Shown: positions 1 through 14,867, numbered from the stretch's first letter. The stretch: DNA of 64,000 bases from Eledone cirrhosa (GCA_964016885.1 OZ024742.1:247752001-247816000); one strand, 5' to 3'. The notes: generated by a model from the sequence alone, not told the origin. Translations and numbers: made by a program.

Positions 1-560
1 ACCCGTTTTAATGTATGTGTTTATATATAGAAAGAGAAAGAGAGAGAGAGAGGGGGGAGCAATATATATATATGTATTCGTATGTATGTATGCATACACA
101 CACATATATATGTGTATATATATATATATATTTATATATATACGTATGTATATATATATATATTAATATATATGTGTTTGTATGTATGTATGTGTGTCTG
201 TGTCTGTCTGACTATATGTGTGCTCACGCACGTGTGCGTGCTTATAGAGAACGCCCCACTTGCTCTGCTGACGTCAGGCTACGTTAGAATCAGCTTAATC
301 TTAAACATGAATCTTAATCTCTGGAAGGTAAAAAAAAAACGACAATAATAACAGCGACAACGACAATAAACTGAATGAGAACAACAACCACAATAACAGT
401 AATAATGACAACAACAACTGCAACTATAACAGTTACAAGCACAAAGAAGACAGCAACATCGAGAACAAGAATAACAGAGACAAACGATAGTTATAAAAAC
501 ACAGTAAAACCCATATACATAAACACAGACTCTCTCTCTCTCTCTCTCTCACTCTCTCTT

Positions 561-602
<42 letters not shown>

Positions 603-645
603 AGCATTCAGAAATACATACATACACACACTCACATATAGATAT

Positions 646-718
<73 letters not shown>

Positions 719-1239
719 CATAAATGCACACTGACACAGATACAAGGCTCCCACATATATACGTAGGCTCCCACATATATACACACATACACGTTCGTAC
801 CCACACCAATCTTAGATAAATGTAAGTCCTTAGTCTGCATATTAGTTTCTGGGACTCTACTGCAGTGTGTGTATGTGTGTGTATGCGTGTGTGTATGTGT
901 GTGTGTGTGTGTGTGTGTGAGTATGTGCGCTTGTGTGTGTGCGTCTCTCTATCTTCGCCAATTTCAGATTTCCAGTAACAAATGTTTTTTTTTATTTATT
1001 ATATTTGTGAATGAATTAACTAACTTCGAGGTTTTGCTATACTAACATATCTCTACCACTATCACCTTCTCTCACGATGCCAATACATATATGACTAAAG
1101 AGACCATTTCAATGTCCATTGTACAGTGCAAGTTGCACCAAAACTAATGTCCAAATTATGCCTGGACTAAATGGCTACACAGGATAGGCAACATATATAT
1201 GTATACATATGTATATATCTGTGTGTATGTACATATATA

Positions 1240-1296
<57 letters not shown>

Positions 1297-1301
<5 letters not shown>

Positions 1302-2218
1302 AAATATGAGAATAAACGTGCTGCGTGGTTGCTAATGGGTTACATATGAATAAAGTTAATCCTTCATCAGTGATCTTCCAACCATCATTGGTATTTCATC
1401 GCATTAAAGACCATATACCCCCGGTTGGTGGGAGCAACGGCTAAAAAACGTCGTTGGGACACGTAAATAAAGGGGACACGAGTGTAAACAAACAAAGATG
1501 GTGAAGCAACGAAAAGTGAGGAAGATGGAGTCAAGTCCCAAATTTCTATGAATTTAAATTCGGTGAAATCGTGAACGAGAGAGAATAAAAACCATCAAAC
1601 CTGGTTAGAATGTGGACAAGGAAGGAATTCCGTACAGGTCTAACGGGAGGAAGAAGGGATCTAGTCTGTGAATTCGGTGAACGTAAGTTCTGTGAAATCG
1701 TAGACGAGAGAGAGAAAAAAAGCGAACTGCCAGACCAAAGGTGCGAAAGAAAAGAATTACGCACAGGTCAAACGGGAAGAAGGAGGAGGAGGAGAGGTAG
1801 TAACAGAGAATGAGTGAGTGAAGGGTGAGGAAGAGGCTAACAGAGAGAGTGACTGCTAGAGAGGGTAAAGATACAGAGAAAGAGCAAGCAGTAAGAACGA
1901 AATAGACGGGTAACAGCTGGGAAAAAAATATGTGTAAATATGAGAATAAACGTGTTGTGTGGTTGCTAATGGGTTACATATGAATAAAGTTAGTCCTTCA
2001 TCAGTGATCTTCCAACCATCATTGGTATTTCATCGCTTTAAAGACCATATACCTCCGGTTGGTGCGAGCAACGGCTAAAAAAAGTCGTTGGGACACGTAA
2101 ATAAAGGGGACACGAGTGTAACCAAACAAAGATGGTGAAGCAACGAAAAGTGAGGAAGAGGGGGTCAAGTCCCAAATTTCTATGAATTTAAATTCGGTGA
2201 AATCGTGAACGAGAGAGA
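1297..2218 (-). mobile_element. Partial-tandem (pseudo-LTR-like) non-coding element between microsatellites; ~290-bp direct repeats with 634-bp period
   Basis: 1297-1586 is repeated at 1931-2218 (TAAATATGAGAATAAACGTG at 1301 and 1935). A related reverse-orientation copy lies at ~39791-39930. A decayed HHR-like core is present on the minus strand. Confidence 0.65.
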
Positions 2219-2282
2219 AGATACATATATATATATAAATATATATATATATCTATATATATATATAAATATATATATATAC

Positions 2283-2329
<47 letters not shown>

Positions 2330-2441
2330 ATATATATTTATATTTATTAAAATATTTGCCCTATGGTGCTTATATATTTGATACATATTTATCCTTAACG
2401 AGCCCTCTTTGGATTTTAGTCTCCACATTTATTATTATTAC

Positions 2442-2490
<49 letters not shown>

Positions 2491-2566
2491 AAATATAAAG
2501 AGAAAAGAAATGGCTGTGTAGTTGCTATTTAAGGTAACTTAAAATGCAGTGGGAATACGAAGAAGG

Positions 2567-2636
<70 letters not shown>

Positions 2637-2958
2637 TGTATATAGATATATAGAAATAGATAAATATACACGGGTGTGTATGATTGTGTATAGAAGATTA
2701 TATTAATAAAAGGAATTCCAACTTTGTCTGATTTACTCGTTTTATTTACAATGCTTTAAAACGTATAATGGTATTAGAATTAAATAGTAATTAAATAGCA
2801 ATCTTCGGTCATATTCCGTGGTGAGTCAGGTTTGCAATTTTCGAGCAGTATCAAGGAAACGATTAATATATGTATATGTATACCGAAAACAATAGGCTCG
2901 ATATAAACGATTAATATACGAATATACATATATATATACATATATATATATATATACA

Positions 2959-3099
2959 TAACGAAGGAAATGTGGTAAGGAACCAGATGGACCATAACGC
3001 ACCAAAGTACTCAATACTTGAGGTAGTAGAGTGGGTATTAGGAACCAGTAAGACCCCGACAGCTGAGCTCAAGCCGTTTCGACGGCTAATTCTGGACTC
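2959..3099 (-). mobile_element. Family A short TA-inserted element (3' half of HHR plus subterminal motif)
   Basis: Flanked by (TA)n and homologous to 20034-20168, 30980-31173, 34502-34615, 39634-39770 and 53200-53242. Minus strand reads GAAA-CGGCT-tgagctc-AGCTG-TC-ggggtc. Confidence 0.75.
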
Positions 3100-3129
3100 A
3101 TATATATATATATATATATACGTATATAC

Positions 3130-3202
<73 letters not shown>

Positions 3203-3204
3203 CG

Positions 3205-3297
<93 letters not shown>

Positions 3298-3769
3298 GTA
3301 TATATATATATATATATGTATATACGTATATTAATCGTTTATATCGAGCCTATTGTTTTCGGTATACATATATTAATCGTTTCCTTGATGCTGCTCGCTA
3401 GAAGAGCCCTGTTGTAGTAAGGCACTGCCTTATTAAATATCTTGGTCGGTCCCATCCAGCCTTCTCACTGTTATTGGATTTCCACTGCTTTTTTTTTTAC
3501 TTTTGTCCATGTCAGGAGTGTAGCCGTACTCAGGATGCTTCGTCAACTGAGGGTTTGGAGGCTATTTAACCCATAGTTTGTGTGGAAGGTTTTTGATTCT
3601 GAGGAGTTCATCCACTCTTACAACAGCTCTTGATTTTTGTGCCACTGTGGTTCCCCGTACCGTCCTCACCAGACCAGGGTCTGGTCTGGGATCCGCTTTA
3701 GCCTTCGACCAGTCGAACATCAAGTAGGCTATACGGGGTTACATGATACAAGTATCAGGCAGAAGCCTG

Positions 3770-3886
3770 ACTTGACCGAATCACGTTGAAAAACCGATTC
3801 TGGTCCGATCACCAACTTTAAGCATTATCTAACCTAGTTAGTACTTAGATGGGTGACCATTTGGTAAACCTAACAGTAAGGTGGCA
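3770..3886 (+). pseudogene. Degenerate 5S rRNA copy (pseudogene or 5S-derived SINE head)
   Basis: GACC..TCACGTTGAAAAACCGATTCTGGTCCGATCACC..TTAAGCA..GTTAGTACTTAGATGGGTGACC follows the metazoan 5S rRNA sequence, including the internal control region, with many substitutions. Confidence 0.8.
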
Positions 3887-4322
3887 TGAATCTCTCATAA
3901 TATATTTAAGTTCTTCAGTCTGTTTCTCGTAGGGTTTATATGAATCGATGTCCATATATATTTATGTGTATATATAAGCGAAGTTATTCTATAGCACCGG
4001 TAAGTCCACAACTATAACAGTAGCAAGTACATTGTTGCTGTAGTGTTGCATCAGAGGCTATTTGTATCAGAAATGAAATTGACGAAATATTTTATATAAA
4101 TATGATTCGCTTTAATTACTTGGAAAATATATGACAGATATTTCTTATTTATGGAATATTGGTGAAAGCTTTAGCAATGATGCTTCTAACGGGAAGAAAC
4201 GAAATAAATTTTATTGCCTTTTGAGGCTGATTTGGCTAATATCATATCATATCATATCTTATCTTATCTATCTATCTGTCTATCTCTCTCTCTATGTATC
4301 TATCTATCTATCCATCCATTTA

Positions 4323-4366
<44 letters not shown>

Positions 4367-4800
4367 ATGTTGTTGTAGATATTACTAAATTATAGAATTT
4401 TACATAACAAACATTTATAGATGTGCCTGGAAGCTCTCCATGTTGGTATAGAGTGATATTCATTATGATTATTGGTTTCATTGGGATTCTGAATGTTGCC
4501 TCTTATGGTTCTTTCACGTCCTATTCAACTGCATATATACATGTATTAATTAATTTGTTTTTTGATAGGTGTCATTCACATCTTGTGAAATAAGTCAAAG
4601 TTTATAGTAAAACTATGATCAAGATTTTTTCGTAAAACCCAATTAAATATTGCGGTCAAAACAGCGGCTAAATTACATTCATAATATGTGATCAGAAAGA
4701 GATTGGTCAGGCTGGTTTCCGTTGGCTTCTTTCGGTAACAACAAATGTTCATGCGCTTGAACATATTAACATCTGTTTGTCTACTTTCCATAAGAATGCG

Positions 4801-4965
4801 AAGGCGGTCATATGTTGCATAGAATTACAGCCCTTTACGTTCTGATCAAATCCCGCTGAAGTTTGCTTTGCTTTTCAGCCTTACGGCGTAGATAAAATAT
4901 AGTACCAGTAACGCATTGGAGTCAATTTAATTGTCTTTCGCATCCAGCTTGGCCTTGCGTTTAAA
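4801..4965 (+). mobile_element. tRNA-derived Nin/Deu-domain SINE (degenerate)
   Basis: AGGCGG head, TCAAATCCCGC B-box-like motif, TTTGCTTTTCAGCCTTACGGCGTAGATAAAATATAGTACCAG core and GGCCTTG tail, as in the other copies. A second partial copy lies at ~5140-5255. Confidence 0.7.
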
Positions 4966-6499
4966 TAAAAAAACATTAAAACCATTACAAGAAAGAAAAC
5001 AAATGCATAGAAGGAGAAAGATAAATTTACGAGTGTTTATTTTTATTGATCAAATATTAACTTCACTGTTTAAAGTAGACATGTGGCTAAACATGTTTTA
5101 AATTATTTTTAATTACCACCTTATTTGTAAGGCTCTAAGTTCAAATCTCGCAGGGGTTACCTTTCCTTTCATTCTTCGGTGTCGATAATACTACCAATTT
5201 TGATTTAATCGACTATCGCTTTCAATTGTAAACCTTGTGCCTAAATTAGAATATAATCTATTTTCATTGTTTATCTATAGTCATTCATTTTCTAGTCTCT
5301 TTGTTGTTTTACGAAAATGGGCTTGCGGTTTGGTAGAACTTGGCTGCTATTTCTAGCATGTTAGGGGAATAACCCAAGTTGAGACTGCTTATGTATACAT
5401 TTTATGGAATGTGTTGGTTTAGCAGCGACGTTGATAATGCTTACACGATGCTGAACTCTATATTCTGTATGTTATCGATATATTGACACCTACATCATAT
5501 ATAACCGGCATTTTATAGAGGATATCTTCATAACTGGCTGATATCCAGGTCATGTCGCCGGCTGAATAATAACATGGTTTGAAATTATATCCATACACCA
5601 TATGCAAGCAGGCATTATCTCGTTTGTCATGTTTGTCATGGACGATGACATGTTCAGCATTAATATAGCAATGGAGAATGTTACCACAACAATAGCCCAT
5701 ACACTCATACACATGCGCAGTCGCACACGCATAAATACACAAACTCACACACACAGACACAAGGACACATACACAACCATATATATATGTGTGTGTATAT
5801 GTGTGTGTGTGTTAGTGTGTGTGTATCTGTGTGACATTAACATGAGTTCATAGGGTGTAGTTAGTGTTTCTTATAGAATGGAAGAAGGCTAGAGTATCAA
5901 AAATCATTAAGCAGCAGACAAGAATTTCTGTAGAACCTTTCTATATTTAATGACTCGGTTTATGACATGAATTCCAAAAAATACGTGCTATCACACTCTG
6001 GGCGTTGTGGGAGAGTCTCTAGAATGTATGGCGATAAAAGGGGGCCGTTGGGAACCAAGCAGGTAAGAGGTGGACGCCGGAAGACGGAAGGCATGGTGTA
6101 GTGAAAGGGGAAAGGAGGAAAGAATAAAAATTAGTCGTTGCTGGTAGAATTGTCACCATTAGTTATTCAATAAATAAAATCATTAAACAAAATACAAAAA
6201 AAAAAAAACGAATCAATTTAAAATTTAATTTTAAATGTTTGATATTTGTTATCAAGTTTACAATGAGCGTAGGTTGCTGAGGAAATGATCTTTTGTAGTC
6301 CGAAAAGAAGTTTTGGAGATTTTGGTCTAGAATATGCGGCAGTGTCCATGGGATTCATAGGCCGTCGTAGGCAGGAAGATCGATGTGGCTGATGTCTCAT
6401 TCATATATAATTAAAATATAACCTCGGCATGGCGTTCTCTTAAATAATACGAACATGGTCGAGGGGAATTAACTTCAAGCCATCTAAAGCTCCCTCGAG

Positions 6500-6840
6500 G
6501 CGTTTTCAAATTTAATTATCGTTTTCCTAGCAGCTAATATGATTTTTATCTCGTCGTCTGTTAGGTCAGAATTGTCTTTGGTGAATGCTAAGGCTTTATC
6601 CAAGGGGTTGGGGGATATAGAGGAGTAATAGTCGTTATGTCAAATTGTATAAATTTAAATACTTTTTTGTTGGCTATATTGTTAAACCACTTAATTGTTT
6701 CGGTAGCGTTATTTGCAGTATAACCACTTAATTACTTCGGTAGCTGCTATTTGCAGTATAGCAATATAAGGTTGCACTTACCAATGAAACGGTCGTAAAT
6801 ACCTGGATAAAATCCTTCTCTTAATACTTACCTGTGTTTT
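6500..6840 (-). pseudogene. Penelope-like element reverse transcriptase remnant (motif A region)
   Basis: Minus-strand translation with frameshifts gives ANNATETIKWFNNIANKKVFKFIQFDIT / DYYSSISP / LDKALAFTKDNSDLTDDEIKIILAARKTIIKFENA. This matches the PLE RT pattern W.N...I.WF..I..K....FIQFDI..FYPSI...L..AL.FA...ARK. It lies within a ~5830-6850 element ending near a TTGATACTCTA motif. Confidence 0.8.
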
Positions 6841-6907
6841 CTTTTTTATACTATATATACATATATATATACATATATACATACGCACACACACGCGCAC
6901 ACACCCA

Positions 6908-6983
<76 letters not shown>

Positions 6984-7691
6984 GAGCGACAAGGGGGTTA
7001 AAATGGTTAGATAATGGAGAAAAATTTAAATGCAGTAAAATGGCTGTGAACATGATTTAGAGAATCGGGTAAAATATCCCTATAGACAGAAAGAGTGTCA
7101 ACTACATTTTCTAAGTATTTCAAGTCACACGACACAATGATATTTATTTACAAATGTCAAATTGAAGCGCTGGTATTTAGCCTTATTTAGGATGGTAACT
7201 GTTGTCAGAGCTCATTTTGATCAATGGAAGAGAAGTCCTAGCCAGAATTTAAGAGGTGCAGAAATCATTTCCCTGTAACGGCTGCTTACCTTTTTTCCAT
7301 AATTACGGTTACTTTACCGGATTTTCTAAGCTGTGTGCATAGCTATTTTCCTACGTTCGACATTTTCTCAATTTTCTACGCATATATATATATGTGTGTG
7401 TGTGTGTGGGTGTGTGTGTGTGTAAGAACATAAATTATTCATACATATCTGGTGATATGCTCAGGTGAATCTCCAGGTTAACAAGTCCCACTGTTTAGAA
7501 ATAATACATGCATTTTAAACTCTACTTCGGTATTGAGTACTTGTCCTCAGATCCGCCAATAACATGGATACACCTCTCTCTCTCGGGCTTATGCCCGAAA
7601 CGTTGTCCCCCCTCCCCCACTCTCAAGAGTGACCCTAATACCTTACACCTTTCGTAACTGTACTCCTTGTTGTTGTTATTTACTTTTCCAG

Positions 7692-7753
<62 letters not shown>

Positions 7754-8189
7754 CAAGAAACGAAACGAGTTGTGTGGTTACTGTAAACAGAGTTTAAGAT
7801 GGAAATATGGACGAAATAAGGGAAGAAATCCTTCATCAGCTGTAAACCGTAGATCATAGATGTTTCAGCGCTTAATACAGGTTATCAAAAGCGATCACCG
7901 GCGCGGCCAAGGCCTTTTATCGATCAAAAGGCCAGGAGGGAAATAAAAGAAAAAAAAAGAAATAAATGAAAAGTAGTGAGGAGAGAGGAAGAAAGAGAAT
8001 AAAAGATAAACCGACCGAATGGTAGGGGGACAAATGACAATGGAACATGCAAGTGAGTAACCGAGGAAAAAATACAATAGAATGAGTTAAAACGAACCGA
8101 TTAGACATAAGTCTGGTGGTACGATAACAGGAGTCCAGTAGTAACGTACAATCTCACTCGAAGTAAGGGTAGAAAGAGAGAGAGAGAGA

Positions 8190-8237
<48 letters not shown>

Positions 8238-10279
8238 GAGAGAGAGAGAGACGGATCAACCGGAAGTGAGAGCAAACTATCTGTTTGTATATGTGTATCT
8301 ATACATATTATATATATAATACTTGATCTTTAATTCAGGAGTTGAGAGATAAAACCACAATCCATATTACCGACAAATCCTCTCTTCATATTAACAAAAA
8401 GAGATCTGGGGTTACCGACAATAATTATGAGGTTACTAGCCATCTTTAATTTTGGGGAATCCCTCAACTCCATCCACCATATTCAGTTATTGACAAACAT
8501 ACGAAGATCAGTGTCAAGATATCTCCATATTTCTACAATTTAAAGGGACATGACTTGTCAATGATTGAGATCGATAGCTTTGACGTATCATAATATTAGA
8601 AGTCGTAATATTTATATATACATTTTCTGTTCTTAGAAAATGTAGAAAATCTAAAATGAAGAATATAACTGTAAATACATTCGAGTGTTTTATAAATCGG
8701 CTAAAATAACCCTATGGACAGGAAAATGTGGCCAGCAGCCGCAACAGATAATCGAACTCTATATCTCTCACATTCTGGCTGATAGCTTTGTACCATTGGT
8801 AGGGTTTCAATAACAGCAGGTGAATGTGTAAGTGCATGAAATTATGTCTCGGTTGCGCCATTGCATTTGGCGGTCACCCGTGACACCAGGTGTAGGGCAC
8901 CATGTCAGTGTTATTAAAACAAGCAATACTTCTGCTCTGTGCATCTGGTATCTCTGAGAGACTGAATATACAATTGATGTATGTGAGCCTGATTGAGTTG
9001 TTTTCATCATTTCTGTACTGGGTCAAGGGTCGAAGATATCTGTCACATTGGAGTAATACGTTTGGAGCAAATGTGGCCTTTGCAGGATATCCATAAAAAA
9101 CAAACATGAAATTAACTAACATGGCATTTATTCGGTAACACCAAAATGATAAGTGAGGTTTCCAGTTGAAGGATATCGGAAGCTGCTTCCGCATATGCAA
9201 CATTTGGCAGAGGCAGTGTTGGCATTTGCCACTCCCACTGAGATAAGTAGGTGTACCGTCTCGAATGCTCTATTTAAGACTGGAGATGTGATGCTTTGAT
9301 TGTGAAGCTTCTATATGAAACGGCACAGGACAGTCAATTGCTCCTTGTAGCTCTACGTAAAAGACTGTCCATGCTTGGTAAATACTTCCTTAAACCCATT
9401 GTCCATTTGGAAGCTGCCAGGAAGTCTTTAGATTAATCTGTAGATACGGCCTCGGAGATGCAGGATCGGCATAAATCTTAGCGTCTCGGCAATGCCGTAC
9501 CAAGTGAGTGAATGTCACCGATGAAGGATAAAAACCGAGAAACATGTAGCAGACATTCGCAGGCCCACTAAACTAGCTGGGACATGATCACAGGTTTAAA
9601 TATTCATAGGGATAGTCTTGAATGCTTATTTATTCATAAACACATACGTATCTTCATATACACTTTTAGGACAATATTATGCAGCTCCTAATATACATAC
9701 ATGGTCACCTACCACCCCAACCTTCTTAAACTCATTCGAACCTGTACTCTCCCTCTCCGAACTCTCCATTTCTTGAAGAAGCACTTACATCCAAAGTGCC
9801 GACCCTCTTTTACTTCCTGCTAACCGTGATAAAAATAAGACATTGTGCTTTTGCAACCCTATGCTTCTTTTAAATATATATATATATATATATATATACA
9901 GAGAGGGAGAGAGAGACATAGAGATACAGCATTGTACATGCACCCAGTTTTATGTATGGATGTGTTTGTAAATGTCTGGAGTCGTGAGTGTATAGTTGAT
10001 TGTATATATTTTAAATATGCAACTTCTAACGTACTTTTGTTGGCAATATGCTATATCTTGTTTTATTGATATTTCTGTTTATATAGCCAGCCATCCATAT
10101 TTCATCCCATACCCCCACACACATACATATATACACACATCTATACATATGCATTCATTCACATGCATGCATTCATACAAGCACACATTCACAAACATAT
10201 AATGTCATATATATATACATACATCCATACATACATTTATTTCTCAGTATTTCGATCTGTATCAAGTCGTATATATGTA

Positions 10280-10393
<114 letters not shown>

Positions 10394-11719
10394 TAGAGAG
10401 AGAGAGAGAGAGGGAGAAAGAAAATGAGCCTGTGTTTCTGTATGTGGCGTATGTGCGTGAACATATGTACATATAACACATTAAGAGATACAGTAATTAT
10501 TATCTACTAATATATAAGTACATAGACATATATATATATATATATATTCAACTGATGAAATTGATGTCATGGCTGCATAAATCTTAGCGATACTTTGTCC
10601 GCCATTTTCTTTTATTTCTTTCCCTTTATTTCGAAATATGTTGTTCAATGAAGCGTGACAGACAGTTTCCGAAACATCACAGAATATTCACCGTAAATCA
10701 TATTTCTTCATAGCATCTACCATTTTGTCATCTTTCATTTAATTTACAGGAATCATCTTTAAACATTCATTCCAAAACATTCTTCACAAATATATATTTC
10801 TACATTTCTATCGTTAGCTTTCAAATATGTTTGTTTGTCTTTCTAGTTAGGAATATATTTGAATATATTTCTGTATAAATTGTGTCTTACACACTTCTAC
10901 ATTTACACCTCTGCTGCAACGGGAATTAATCATCGCTTTTGTATCTGGACGTCGAAGTTGTTTTTATTGTTATTGTTATTGCTGTTGTTTTTGTTGTTGT
11001 TCTTGTTTCACCCAAGGTCAGATTCGATCGATATTCCATTCAACAAACATCCAGTATTTTTCCCTTCATCACGAAACTACATTAACCAATGTCACCGAGA
11101 CTTGGCTGCTATATCAAACAGAACAGCTGGCCTCATAGATGCGTTCTTATTGGTTCGTTGGTGTTTCTCTAATTGGTAGAAATATGTAACTTGTTTTTGG
11201 TGTTTGGTCCCTACTAAAATCTGATGGAGTAGATCGATGTGTTAAGGGCATTCATTATATGACTATCAATCATTTTGGTTATATAATGGTATATATTGTC
11301 AGTTGTGAGTGATTTGGAGTCGTTTCCTTCGAGTTGTTTCTCGTCTTCAAAAGCCGCACAACCGTAGCACGTATTCGTTGTTAGAAACATTGCCACCAAA
11401 CGAAATTGTTTTGAACCACATAATACATCCCTCAACAGGGGTTTCTTTATTCAAATATATACGCTTTGATTTCTGGGTCACTTGTGTGGAGGTTGCGAGG
11501 CGGGGAACCCCACTGAAAATACTGTGTAAGGGAATCGTATTAGAATACATAAACAATATCAACATGAAGGTGTCGACATCACGTTCATGCAGGTAAGAAT
11601 TTCCCTACTGAAAGAATAGGAGATTGCAACAGGGAGACGCATAAACACGAACCTATCACTGAGTTTATAACTCTGTACCAGGAGAAACATGCCACACTTC
11701 GGGTTAAGTTGTTTAGGAT

Positions 11720-11833
11720 CTGATTCAAGCCGGGCCGCCTGGTGGATTACTAGAAGCCCGATTCAAGCCGGACCGCCTGTTGGATTACTAGAAGCCTGAT
11801 CCAAGCCGGGCCGTCTGCTGGATTACTAGAAGC
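11720..11833. repeat. 38-bp tandem minisatellite, 3 copies
   Basis: CTGATTCAAGCCGGGCCGCCTGGTGGATTACTAGAAGC occurs three times back to back with a few substitutions and no spacers. Confidence 0.9.
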
Positions 11834-12653
11834 ACCTTGGCAAGTTTCTACCAGGAATAGGTTTAGAGGAAGCTTTTTCTTAAAAGCCGCACAGAGGCCG
11901 TAATTTCCTATATCAATTCTGTTATAATTTACTACCGGATAAAGATTTCTGTTCAGCGGGCTTAGACATAGTACTAAATCTCAGCGGTTATTTGTCAGAG
12001 TCGTTGAACATCAAATAGCATTATTCAAACTGACTATCTTCTTTTTGAATTCAAATTCCTGTTTGGTCAACTTGATGAAGATGCGTGGTCTAGTGACTGA
12101 GGTGTTGAAGCTACAATCGTATGGTCTAGCATTGTACCCTTAAATAAGATATTTCCTTTCACGTTGTTCGAATAAATTCAGCATTACAAAGGTATATCAG
12201 CTGCCGAAGTTAGGACTTAACTCTTGCAACGAAAGTGCGTCCATCCAAGTTAGGGGGAGTGTTTGTATAAGATACCTCCTATGGGATGCAACCTTCTAGT
12301 AGACAAGCTGAATATACTCAGGTGTGAGCTGTAACACCAACACCACCGCCACCAACAATAACATACTAAATTAGGAAAGGAGTTACCCATTCAAGGTGTC
12401 ATAATATATCTCAAGGTAATCATATTCGGCAAATATTTTACCGTAAGAGATAAAATGATGGCCTTTTCCCCTTAGTTGTCCCTTCATTGACTGCTGTCAC
12501 CTCAACATTTCTTTAATTTCTTCCATTTCCTCGTGGATGCACCTGACAGAACACATGATGAAACGCGATTTCCTGTGTACTCTCTCCTTTGTAATATCCC
12601 TCCCACACCTAACACATTTCAAAGCTGTTATACAATTTTTCATTAACTGCAGT

Positions 12654-12811
<158 letters not shown>

Positions 12812-13429
12812 AATGAGGACGGCAAAGACGACAACGACGACGACGACCACCACCACCACCATCCTCCTCCTCATTATCATCATAATCATCATTATTCTCA
12901 CCATAATTCTTATCCTTAATTTCAGAACTCTTCAGAAAACCTGTAACTTGCTTGTTTTTTCTTTAATTTCTACAGGTATTTCATTCTTCTCCGTTCCATG
13001 TAACAATCATTCTTTCGCAATTTTTCTAATCTTTCTCAGTTATCGACTTTATCCTCCACCATCACCTCCACTACCATCGACAGCGACATAACTCTCTACT
13101 ACCACCGCCGTCACCCTCATTTCAAATCTCACCCACATCACTACCTCTCTCAGCCACAATACCCCCTACCTCACACCCACAACCAACACCACCATCATTC
13201 TCAGACCACCACCACCACCACCACCACCACCGCCGCCACCTCCATACTGATCACGTCAGATCTTCTACTTCCTTTAGTCATGGAACATTATTCTTTCCTT
13301 GATCTTCTTTCATGCAATTCTCAGTCATCAATTCGCTCAGATATTTTTTTTTCTTTCTATCATTATTCCTTTCTTTTCTTTCTTTCTTTCAATCCATTCC
13401 ATTCTCACTCCTTCTTTTTTTCTGGCGGC

Positions 13430-13612
13430 TTCTTCTTCTTCTTCTTCTTCTTCTTCTTCTTCTTCTTCTTCTTCTTCTTCTTCTTCTTCTTCTTCTTCTT
13501 CTTCTTCTTCTTCTTCTTCTTCTTCTTCTTCTTCTTCTTCTTCTTCTTCTTCTTCTTCTTCTTCTTCTTCTTCTTCTTCTTCTTCTTCTTCTTCTTCGTC
13601 TTCTTCTTCTTC
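13430..13612. repeat. (TTC)n microsatellite, ~60 units
   Basis: Read directly from the sequence. Confidence 0.97.
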
Positions 13613-13932
13613 ATTCATCTTTCATTCTGTTGACGTTTCTTGTTTCTATTATCCATTTTCACAAATAAACTGTCACTCCATGCATTCTTTCGTGAGCAGG
13701 AGATATACCCCTCTCTCACTCATTCGTTCCTTTACTCTCTCTAGGGAGTCGCTTAATCATGTCAAGATCTCTGACTGATTCATCATCACACACCACATCA
13801 CAGAAACTATTTGCAGAGTTTATAGATTCCTTTAGATTTCATCTTCGTAGAATTTATGCTATCTCCAGTTTTAAGCTATCTGGAATTGTGTTGCCTTATT
13901 CCAACTGAACATTTTTTTTATTAGTGTTAGTA

Positions 13933-14325
13933 TGGCGGTGGATAACTGTAGAGGGTCGGACACCATGCTTCGCAGCATAGAGTTACGCCCCTTTACGGTC
14001 TGAGTTCAAATCCCGCCGAGGTTAACTTTGCCTTTCATCATTACAGGTCGATAAAATAGATCACCAGTAACATACTCCCCTAAAATTGCTGGCCTTGTGC
14101 CTATATAAGATACCATTATTAGTGTTAGTAGGGCGGTGGATTCGCTGTATCGGCAGAGGGTCGGACACCATGCTTTGCAGCAAAGAGTTACGGCCCTTTG
14201 TGGTCGGAGTTCAAATCCCGCCGAGGTTAACTTTGCCTTTCATCCTTACGGAGTCGATAAAATAAAATACCAGTAATACATTGCGATAATTGCTGGCCTT
14301 GTGCCAAAAGTAGAAACAATTATTA
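13933..14325 (+). mobile_element. Two head-to-tail Nin/Deu-domain tRNA SINEs
   Basis: Units at ~13933-14120 and ~14131-14325 each contain GGCGGTGGAT..., GAGTTCAAATCCCGCCGAGGTTAACTTTGCCTTTCATC...GTCGATAAAATA...ACCAG and GCTGGCCTTGTGCC. Both units are bounded by the repeated ATTAGTGTTAGT. Confidence 0.85.
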
Positions 14326-14867
14326 GTGTTAGTTGATTATCAATTACTCCCCCTCCTACTTTATTATCTATAGAAAAAATATTAAAATGATATTCTTCAC
14401 AATTCAATTAGGTGTAATTTCAGTAATTAGTACAGCCTAGTAGTTTCGCCATTCTGTTTTCATTCAGAAGCTCTCAAATTGTATTATTATTGAATGTTTT
14501 TTACATATTTTTAACAAATTATGAAAAGAAACCGTCGTTGGTCATAAGTTTCGGGGAGGTAAGTCACTTTATTGGTTATATGATTCAAAGGATCAACCAC
14601 TGCGACACTGTACTTAAGCCGGCGAAAGTGACAAGGAGTTGTCTTTAACTAGATAGGTGGCGAATATATCAAGGGAAAGCACTGTATTAACTATACAGAT
14701 ATTTTTGACATCCAGCGATATACATTGGCGAAAGGCATACACATATAATACATACATACAAACATACATGTGTACGTACAAACATACATGCATACATATT
14801 TGAATACTTACATATATACATAAATATATACATTTATGAATGTATATATGAATGCATATATATTTGT

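Noticed and set aside
8800-9580. Possible LTR-retrotransposon integrase relic on the minus strand
   Set aside because: The similarity is too faint to call by eye.
11720-11833. 38-bp repeats resembling a CRISPR array
   Set aside because: The repeats are contiguous with no spacers, there are no cas genes, and the context is eukaryotic.
11483-11893. Possible solo LTR (TGTGTGG...CCGCACA)
   Set aside because: There is no target-site duplication or second LTR, and the termini match only loosely.
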